Shown: positions 57,148-64,000 of the stretch, in pieces
Layout: each line of letters opens with the position of its first letter
Numbering within the stretch: the stretch's first letter is position 1
IMG/VR virus record: IMGVR_UViG_3300032225_000686
DNA from: a virus
Lineage: Duplodnaviria; Caudoviricetes
Direction: 5' to 3' (one strand)
DNA: 64,000 nucleotides
Translations under genes and position numbers: made by a program
Notes under the pieces: generated by a model
Told to the model about the DNA's origin: nothing
What the model saw: only the letters and a program-made list of their open reading frames with translations
Databases searched by the model: none

Positions 57148-58182
57148 ATGGGCTTCCTTGAAATCAAGTACATCAATATGGTCTCCCCACGGCTGACTCG
57201 TTTTGTCTGGAAGAAGACTAACAATCTAGCCACATGCAGGTGTCCAATATGCGGAGACTCCAAGAGAAACCGAACCAAGACTCGCTTCTACTTCTACGAA
57301 AGGAAGGGTGGCTTCTATGTCAAGTGCCACAACTGTGATTATGGAACAACCCTCGCAAGATTCCTTGAGCAGTTTGACAGGGGACTCTACGACCAGTACA
57401 TCATGGAGAAGTACCGAAGTGGACTTGAAGGGCGCAACGAGCCAAAGCCTGACTTCAAGTTTGAACAACCACGATTCAATAAAGGAAGCGATAGCCAACA
57501 TAAGGGAGCAACGGATATCGGACTCCCTTCACTTGACTCGCTTCCGCAGGATCATCTTGCGGTAGAGTTTGTTCGTAGCCGCTTGATTCCAAGAGACAAG
57601 TGGGGGCTACTATACTACGCTGAACACTTCGGGGATTGGGCAAAGACCATAGACCCCGAGAAAGAGTTGGGCGATGAACCAAGACTCATCATACCTATCA
57701 TTCGCGGCGGTAAACTGATCGGGGCTAACTGCCGTGCCTTGGATAGCAGGCAGGGCAAGAACATTCGCTACATCACTCTACGCAAAGAGCAAGATGAAGA
57801 CCGCCTGTGGTTTGGTCTAGACAGATTGAATCCCAAAGAACAGGTGTTTGTGGTGGAGGGTCCGCTAGACTCTCTGTTCCTGCCGAATGCTGTGGCGATG
57901 TCGGGTCTTGGTAAATGTACCAACCTACCTAAAGAGTTGGGGGATTCGCCTATTTTTGCCTTGGACAACGAACCTAGAAACAAGGAATTGGTCAAGACGA
58001 TGAATGATCTGATTGCTATGGGCAGGTCTGTATGCTTTTGGCCTAGCAAGATAGTCCAAAAGGACATCAACGACATGGTTCTATCGGGTCTCGCGCCCGC
58101 CCGCGTGTGCGAGATGATAAAGGAAAACTCCTGCAAAGGACCGGCTGCTAAACTAAAAATGATGACTTGGAAACGCTGCTAA
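57148..58182 (+). CDS. gp61: DNA primase
   Basis: CPICGDS, CHNC, VEGPLDS, DNEPRN, KDINDM. Confidence 0.95.
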   Translation: MGFLEIKYINMVSPRLTRFVWKKTNNLATCRCPICGDSKRNRTKTRFYFYERKGGFYVKCHNCDYGTTLARFLEQFDRGLYDQYIMEKYRSGLEGRNEPKPDFKFEQPRFNKGSDSQHKGATDIGLPSLDSLPQDHLAVEFVRSRLIPRDKWGLLYYAEHFGDWAKTIDPEKELGDEPRLIIPIIRGGKLIGANCRALDSRQGKNIRYITLRKEQDEDRLWFGLDRLNPKEQVFVVEGPLDSLFLPNAVAMSGLGKCTNLPKELGDSPIFALDNEPRNKELVKTMNDLIAMGRSVCFWPSKIVQKDINDMVLSGLAPARVCEMIKENSCKGPAAKLKMMTWKRC

Positions 58183-58198
58183 AAGCCTAAATAGAGGT

Positions 58199-58579
58199 AT
58201 GAAGCGTTTCACAGAATTCCTGAAAGAGTCTTCGATAACTACTGATCGCCAAATGGTAAAGAAGTCTTACGGCTCTTTCTACGGTCAGGGGACTGCGTTC
58301 GTTTGGGTAGCAATGTCTGGTGGCAAGATTTACAAGACGGGCAAGATTGCCTCTGTAGATATTGCTGATGCCAAGGCGGTTGTTAGACAAATCGCCAAAG
58401 ACTTGCAGGCTCCGATTGATACCATGCGTATCATAGGACGCGACAACAAAGTTTTAGCAGATGTCAAGATCAGCAGCGAGGGACTAGCACAGAGCCACGG
58501 AGATATCGGTGACTTGGGGGATTTGGATAAGCCACTAGGAACGGGAAAGGCTAGGAAGGTAAAGAAGATCAAGACCTAA
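58199..58579 (+). CDS. putative internal head protein
   Basis: late promoter; MKRFTEFLKE. Confidence 0.6.
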   Translation: MKRFTEFLKESSITTDRQMVKKSYGSFYGQGTAFVWVAMSGGKIYKTGKIASVDIADAKAVVRQIAKDLQAPIDTMRIIGRDNKVLADVKISSEGLAQSHGDIGDLGDLDKPLGTGKARKVKKIKT

Positions 58580-58581
58580 TT

Positions 58582-59304
58582 ATGGAGAACCCTGTGAATA
58601 CAGATTACAAGATGGATAGCATGAGGATTGGTGTTCTAGACAAAGGCTTCGTACAATACATTTCGCACATGGGTGATGACCTGATGGTTGTCAATGCCGC
58701 CCGTGTGTCATTCAACAAAAAGTCTACTCAACTAACGGACAAGGATGCGAAGTTGATCTCGTATCTTGCCAAGCACAAGCATTGGACTCCGTTTGCTCAT
58801 CCGCAGATCACCTTGCACATCAAGGCTCCAATCTCCATTCGTACCCAATTGTTCAAGCACAAGCAGGGGTTTGTGGAGAATGAAGTAAGCCGCCGCTATG
58901 TAAAGGACGAACCAGATTACTACATTCCTGAATGGCGTTCTGCTCCAACCAACGGAGCCAAGCAAGGAAGTGAAGACTTTATAGATGATCTTGCAATAGA
59001 AGACTATGACCGAGCATACAATCGTTCGGCTATGGATGCTATTGATACCTACAACATGCTTCTAAAAGAGGGTGTGGCTCCCGAACAGGCTAGATTTGTT
59101 CTGCCTCAAGGCACATATACCGAGTGGTGGTGGACAGGAAGCCTAGCCGCATACGCCCGCGTGTATGCACTACGATCAGACCCCCATGCACAATGGGAAG
59201 TTAGGGAGTACGCAAAGGCTATCTCTGACCTGATTAAACCTCTGTTTCCTGTGGCTTGGGAGGCTCTTTGCCCACCCCTAAATACCTCTAATGGAGCAGT
59301 CTGA
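58582..59304 (+). CDS. thyX: FAD-dependent thymidylate synthase
   Basis: AARVS, HWTPF, NEVSRRY, EQAR.VLP, HAQWE. Confidence 0.95.
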   Translation: MENPVNTDYKMDSMRIGVLDKGFVQYISHMGDDLMVVNAARVSFNKKSTQLTDKDAKLISYLAKHKHWTPFAHPQITLHIKAPISIRTQLFKHKQGFVENEVSRRYVKDEPDYYIPEWRSAPTNGAKQGSEDFIDDLAIEDYDRAYNRSAMDAIDTYNMLLKEGVAPEQARFVLPQGTYTEWWWTGSLAAYARVYALRSDPHAQWEVREYAKAISDLIKPLFPVAWEALCPPLNTSNGAV

Positions 59305-60424
59305 CTGGTCAAATCAAGAGCCATCCGACGAACAAGAGTTCTTCCAAGAGTTTGCGGAGTTCTTGGAGTCGGATACCGAGTCAAAACCTTTAAACGAGGT
59401 TGCCGATGGTCTACAGGGAGAACGAGGCGAACGCGGAATGCGTGGTCTTCGTGGTCTCCGTGGTATTACAGGACCGAAGGGCGAGAAGGGAGACAAAGGT
59501 GAGCGAGGCGAGAAAGGCGAGAAGGGTGCAACGGGAGCACAGGGACCGCAAGGAGCCACGGGCGCACAAGGACTTCAGGGTACTGCGGGGCCACAGGGAG
59601 AGAAGGGTGAGAGAGGAGATCGCGGAGAACAGGGATCATCCGGCTCTCAAGGAGTTCAAGGCCCGAAAGGCGAAGTGGGCAAGAAAGGTGAGAGAGGGGA
59701 TAAAGGAGAGCAGGGACCAAAGGGCGAGAAGGGTCAAAAGGGAGATCGCGGAGATAAGGGCGAGAAGGGCGAAGCAGGCGATAAAGGATTGGATGGACGA
59801 GATGGGTCTGTAGGTCCACAAGGCGAGAGAGGTACAAAGGGAGACAAGGGGGATCGTGGAGAACGCGGTCTCAAGGGAGACAAGGGTGATCGCGGAGATG
59901 TTGGACCAAGAGGCGATGCGGGAGAGCGAGGAGAAAAGGGAGACCGTGGTGATGTTGGTCCTACGGGTCCGCAAGGAGAGACAGGAGTTCTCTCTGCCAA
60001 GTATCCGTTGAAGTATGACGCAAAGAAGCGTCTACTTACAATTGACACAACTAAACTGAATACTGGTGGCGGTAGCGTAAGCCGTGATGGTGGTGGCGGT
60101 GGTCTTGATACCGCATTCAAGGTTGTATCTGTATCAGGTCAATCTAATCTCACATCGGTTCAGTACGATGCAGAGACTCTTACTTTTATCGCGGGTACTG
60201 GCGTTAATATAACAACAGATCCTTCAACAAATAGTCTTACCATATCTGCTACGGGTGGTGGCGGTGGTGGAAATCTAGTATCTTCATCATTTACATTTAG
60301 TGATACTGCTCCAGAATTAGCGATACATGGAGATCGTTGGTTCAACAGTACAAACGGAAGACTGTACACCTACTTCTATGATGGTGACTCTTATCAATGG
60401 GTAGAGTTGGGGGGTAACCAATAA
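59291..60424 (+). CDS. collagen-like protein
   Basis: about 65 contiguous Gly-X-Y triplets; late promoter. Confidence 0.9.
   Translation: MEQSDWSNQEPSDEQEFFQEFAEFLESDTESKPLNEVADGLQGERGERGMRGLRGLRGITGPKGEKGDKGERGEKGEKGATGAQGPQGATGAQGLQGTAGPQGEKGERGDRGEQGSSGSQGVQGPKGEVGKKGERGDKGEQGPKGEKGQKGDRGDKGEKGEAGDKGLDGRDGSVGPQGERGTKGDKGDRGERGLKGDKGDRGDVGPRGDAGERGEKGDRGDVGPTGPQGETGVLSAKYPLKYDAKKRLLTIDTTKLNTGGGSVSRDGGGGGLDTAFKVVSVSGQSNLTSVQYDAETLTFIAGTGVNITTDPSTNSLTISATGGGGGGNLVSSSFTFSDTAPELAIHGDRWFNSTNGRLYTYFYDGDSYQWVELGGNQ
59408..59992 (+). repeat. collagen Gly-X-Y repeat (Lys at Y in about 20 triplets)
   Basis: hand count from the translation. Confidence 0.85.
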
Positions 60425-60432
60425 ATAAATCT

Positions 60433-60795
60433 ATGGACCCGATCAAGAAGATCAATCTAAAGAGAGGCTTGACAGGAGGAAGTGTTCCTTCAGAACTATC
60501 CTTTGGCGAGATTGCTGTCAATACCTATGACAGAAAATTGTTTGTTGGCTCAAGTCAAGACGAGGTTCTAGACTTCCCCAGTAATCGTGTGTTCTTCTAT
60601 GGAGCAACAGCAGACTTCCTCTATGCACTAGAGTCTGGAGCGTTTGGTTTAACCTGTTCAGAAACGCATTTCAAATTTGGGGATTCTGTTGTTCTAACAG
60701 GAGACATGAGTAGATTTACTTACATCCCCAAACCCGGAGCATTAGGATTAACTAGCGGATGTTTAGAAGGCATTTGGGTAGAACTACGAGGATAA
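60433..60795 (+). CDS. tail fibre-associated protein (Mtd-N-like)
   Basis: INLKRG...L..GEIAVN..D.KLFVG. Confidence 0.65.
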   Translation: MDPIKKINLKRGLTGGSVPSELSFGEIAVNTYDRKLFVGSSQDEVLDFPSNRVFFYGATADFLYALESGAFGLTCSETHFKFGDSVVLTGDMSRFTYIPKPGALGLTSGCLEGIWVELRG

Positions 60796-60796
60796 C

Positions 60797-61120
60797 ATGC
60801 CCGCAGAATTTCCCGCAAATCCTACAGTCGGTCAAACATACCAATATGATAATGTCTATTGGCAATGGAACGGATTTGGTTGGGCGTTTAAGGGATCTAC
60901 AGGAACAGAACCATCTTCTATTGTTCCGGGTCAAACTCAAATTGTACTTTTTCAGTCCTACGAAAACGAGGGTACTCCTGTTGGTGTAAATCCGGGAGCA
61001 TTGTGGCTGAACCTTGATAGTGGGATTTTGTATACCTATTTGGGCGGGCAAACCGGTCAGTTTGCGAATGCTTGGGTTCAAGCAACCATCATAAATAACG
61101 ATATCACACTCCCATCATAA
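60797..61120 (+). CDS. small virion fibre protein
   Basis: [11 protein letters not shown]...WQWNG; G.LW.N. Confidence 0.65.
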   Translation: MPAEFPANPTVGQTYQYDNVYWQWNGFGWAFKGSTGTEPSSIVPGQTQIVLFQSYENEGTPVGVNPGALWLNLDSGILYTYLGGQTGQFANAWVQATIINNDITLPS

Positions 61121-61121
61121 T

Positions 61122-64000
61122 ATGCCATACTTTCCAAATAATCCAAATCCGGGCGATACCTACAGCATCAACGGCAAAACATGGCGTTGGAATGGTTTTG
61201 CTTGGGACTCTGTAATAGAGGATTTGAATGTTGCAGGCAATCTTACTGTTGGTGGCAATCTTACAGTTAGCGGTGGGGTGACTTCCACATTCAGCGAAAC
61301 TGTTCTAATTCAAGACAATTTCATCACTCTAAATTCTAATGTTACGGGTGGCTCTCCATCAGAAAACGCAGGTATAGAAGTTAGTCGTGGTGCTTCTGCG
61401 AATGTTCAGATTCGTTGGAATGAGAGTACTGATAAGTGGCAGTTCACAAACAACGGAACAAACTATTACGATATTCCAACCACGGGAGGGTTAGGTGCAA
61501 CAGGTGGTACAGGTTCTACAGGACCGACAGGTTCAACTGGATCAACGGGATCAACAGGTTCAACCGGTTCTACAGGATCGACAGGTGGAACTGGTTCGGC
61601 AGGTTCTACAGGAAGAACCGGTGCTACGGGGTCTACAGGCTCTACGGGTGCGACAGGTGCAACTGGCCCTCAAGGTGCTACAGGAGCATTGGGTCTTACA
61701 GGAACCGCCAACCAAATATCAGTAAGTGGAAGCACAGGAAGTGTCACAGTAGGATTGGTTAATAGCCCATTCGTACCGGGAGACCTAACAGTAACAGGAT
61801 CAAACATAACGATTGTTGGTAATCGTTACGCTCCTAATTACATAACATTCAACACAGGGGTTACGGCTCAAACTATACTTTACCAAGCAGGAATCCAAGT
61901 AGGTCGTGGCAGTTTGGGGTTGACTGCCTACTTCTATTTTGAGCCACAGGTTGGTGTAAATCCTGCCCGATGGACTTATTCAGACGGAACAAACACCTCT
62001 TACCTACCAACATCTTTTGCCGACTTTGCTGTAAAGAATGCAGACAATCAATTTAGTGTTTCGCAAACTATATCAACGGCAGGGGGTATTCTTACTGTTA
62101 TAGACACGGACAGTAGTCAAACTATAAACATAAGTCCATCAAATAGGGATATTACCTATCAAGAAAGTAGCGGAAACTCGCAACACTTGCAATTTGCAAA
62201 TTTGGCTGGATTAGGAGGAATAGAAGGACCAGTTGAGTATACAGTAACATTACCTGCTGTAACAACAACTCTTGCAGGACTAAATGTAGAACAAACCTTT
62301 ACCCAACCTAATACATTCGCTAGTAGTATTTCAACTAATAGAATTGGCCCATATAATCCCCCAATCGGCATTGGTACTTATATGGCAATTGGAGACTACG
62401 CTAATAGTGGAAATTACAATCTCATCAAAATATGGGACGATGAGAACGAAATTACTATTCAATCACCAAGTGGGATTATCAATTTAAATTCCCCAACAGT
62501 TAGCATCAATAGTGGTAGTACATCAGGAAGCGTATTGCTACCAAATGGTGCAATGATTGGTGATGCTTATAATACGGGTAATGGTATAGATCTAAAAGCC
62601 CCAACCGGTCCCTTAGGTTATGCTGAACTAGTTAGCAATAATTTGAATTCGTTTGTTGTTGTTGATAATGATGAAGTTGCAATTGGAACATCTGATGGAA
62701 CATCTAGTTATGTTTGGATATTTGATAATACTGGTACAATATCATCATTAAGTGGTGGCCGTATTCGAGGTATTACAAATGGCATTTCTATTAATAACCT
62801 AACAGTAACAGGTGGAGCAACTTTTGCAAACATTTACGCTTCCAACATAGTAAATTCTTGGAACGGACAAACTGGCGCAGTAGGATTCTCAAACTATGTT
62901 TCTTCAATAAACGGTAGAACAGGCGCATTCGGTCTCACAGGAACTCAATACGAGATTGAGATTACAGGAGCCACAAGTTTCGTTGTGGGACTTCCTGATA
63001 ATACCCGAATCACTTCCTCTTTAACCATTGCGGGTTACACCGCATGGCACGCAGGAAATGACGGTGCAGGTTCAGGATTAGATACTGATCTTATTAAGGG
63101 AGTGGATGGTAATCGTGTTCTTGAAGAAATACAAACAGGACTTCTATATGGTGGTGTCATCACTATCAATGGTAGTGATAATACAAAAGTTGATATATCT
63201 GCTGGTGCAGGAATCATTGCCACGGTAAACGGCTCCACAGGAGCGTATCCTGCACCTGTTCTGCAAACCGTAACATGGACCGCCAAGACAGGTGTTGCCG
63301 TTACAGGATTGACATCATCGGACTTTACTTTCTTCCGTATTGATTCATCAGGAAATCTACAGCAGTCTACCAGTAATTTCTCGCAAACCCAATACCTGAA
63401 CAGCGTGGTGATTGGTAATGCAGTTCACCAATCACGGGCTTATGTGAACCGAGTTCACTACCACCCAATCGTAGCCTACGCTTCAAGCGCACAATACGAA
63501 ACATTTATTCGTTACTTTGGTGGACTCAAGGTAGACGGTTATGTGCTGAGTGGATACGGAACCACAGGCGGCATACAGCACACTACAGGTACTGCGTTTG
63601 CTTTGGGCGCAAACATGGATACCGATCCCAACAATCCAAGTCTTGTCACGGACAGTTCTGCTGTGCCTGTGCAACAACTATTCTACTTGTACAGAAATGC
63701 GGATGGTACTTACAGAACAGATCCGGTTGCCCGCACCACCGTTAATTTTGGAAATTACGATGACGGGGACGGAACTCTTGGAAATGTCGGCAACCAAAGT
63801 TGGTCTATACAGCGAGTCTACAAGATTCCGGGAGTAAACAATTCGCTGTACATCTACTACGGCACAGCAGTCTACGGATCACTAACTGTTGCCTCAAACA
63901 ACATTTTGTTAGAATCATTTGCAGAAGCAGACATTACACGATACAACGGTGTGTTCTTGGGATGGCTTATTGTGCGTGGCAACGGTTCCAATGTGTCTGA
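61122..64000 (+). CDS. long tail fibre protein, runs off the window end (absent from the ORF track)
   Basis: hand translation MPYFPNNP...GNLTV...GIEVSRG...; start and end read in the same frame; [15 protein letters not shown] fibre motif. Confidence 0.8.
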   Translation, partial: MPYFPNNPNPGDTYSINGKTWRWNGFAWDSVIEDLNVAGNLTVGGNLTVSGGVTSTFSETVLIQDNFITLNSNVTGGSPSENAGIEVSRGASANVQIRWNESTDKWQFTNNGTNYYDIPTTGGLGATGGTGSTGPTGSTGSTGSTGSTGSTGSTGGTGSAGSTGRTGATGSTGSTGATGATGPQGATGALGLTGTANQISVSGSTGSVTVGLVNSPFVPGDLTVTGSNITIVGNRYAPNYITFNTGVTAQTILYQAGIQVGRGSLGLTAYFYFEPQVGVNPARWTYSDGTNTSYLPTSFADFAVKNADNQFSVSQTISTAGGILTVIDTDSSQTINISPSNRDITYQESSGNSQHLQFANLAGLGGIEGPVEYTVTLPAVTTTLAGLNVEQTFTQPNTFASSISTNRIGPYNPPIGIGTYMAIGDYANSGNYNLIKIWDDENEITIQSPSGIINLNSPTVSINSGSTSGSVLLPNGAMIGDAYNTGNGIDLKAPTGPLGYAELVSNNLNSFVVVDNDEVAIGTSDGTSSYVWIFDNTGTISSLSGGRIRGITNGISINNLTVTGGATFANIYASNIVNSWNGQTGAVGFSNYVSSINGRTGAFGLTGTQYEIEITGATSFVVGLPDNTRITSSLTIAGYTAWHAGNDGAGSGLDTDLIKGVDGNRVLEEIQTGLLYGGVITINGSDNTKVDISAGAGIIATVNGSTGAYPAPVLQTVTWTAKTGVAVTGLTSSDFTFFRIDSSGNLQQSTSNFSQTQYLNSVVIGNAVHQSRAYVNRVHYHPIVAYASSAQYETFIRYFGGLKVDGYVLSGYGTTGGIQHTTGTAFALGANMDTDPNNPSLVTDSSAVPVQQLFYLYRNADGTYRTDPVARTTVNFGNYDDGDGTLGNVGNQSWSIQRVYKIPGVNNSLYIYYGTAVYGSLTVASNNILLESFAEADITRYNGVFLGWLIVRGNGSNVS
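61494..61709 (+). repeat. collagen-like Gly-X-Thr repeat
   Basis: about 24 triplets, mostly GST/GAT/GGT. Confidence 0.85.

Noticed and set aside
34506-59304. Introns or inteins in gp43, uvsX, gp41, gp61, thyX
   Set aside because: Lengths are typical and motifs contiguous.
59400-60120. Alternative-frame and antisense ORFs over the collagen repeat
   Set aside because: Artefacts of GGN periodicity.

Overview
This is a 64-kb segment of a large T4-like (Tevenvirinae/Kyanoviridae-type) myophage genome, with essentially all genes on the + strand. Order: the end of a VWA/CobT-like gene; a non-coding junction; a late-promoter block of probable internal head proteins carrying T4-type capsid-targeting N-termini (two are R-S-E ADP-ribosyltransferase-like); an outer-membrane beta-barrel and lipoprotein; a dispersed cluster of 16 tRNAs (including unusual Ser-ACT, Ile-TAT and short-arm Leu-TAA) plus a tRNA-like ncRNA; guaC, LpxH-like and trypsin-like genes. 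The replication module follows (gp45, gp44, gp62, regA, dUTPase, DNA MTase, gp43, uvsX, gp41, gp61, thyX), interrupted by two islands of eukaryote-like glycosyltransferases. The window ends with a cytidyltransferase-RimK-protease fusion, a collagen-like protein and a tail fibre running off the end. Most notable signals: (1) recurrent 20-48 bp Z-DNA-compatible tracts with a CGCGGG core written into coding genes; (2) about 17 capsid-targeted cargo proteins; (3) COLGALT/GT31/GT7/GT10-like enzymes alongside Lys- and Thr-rich collagen repeats; (4) pervasive leaderless promoter-ATG spacing; (5) apparent avoidance of AGCT and CCWGG. All family calls come from motif recognition by eye, not database searches.
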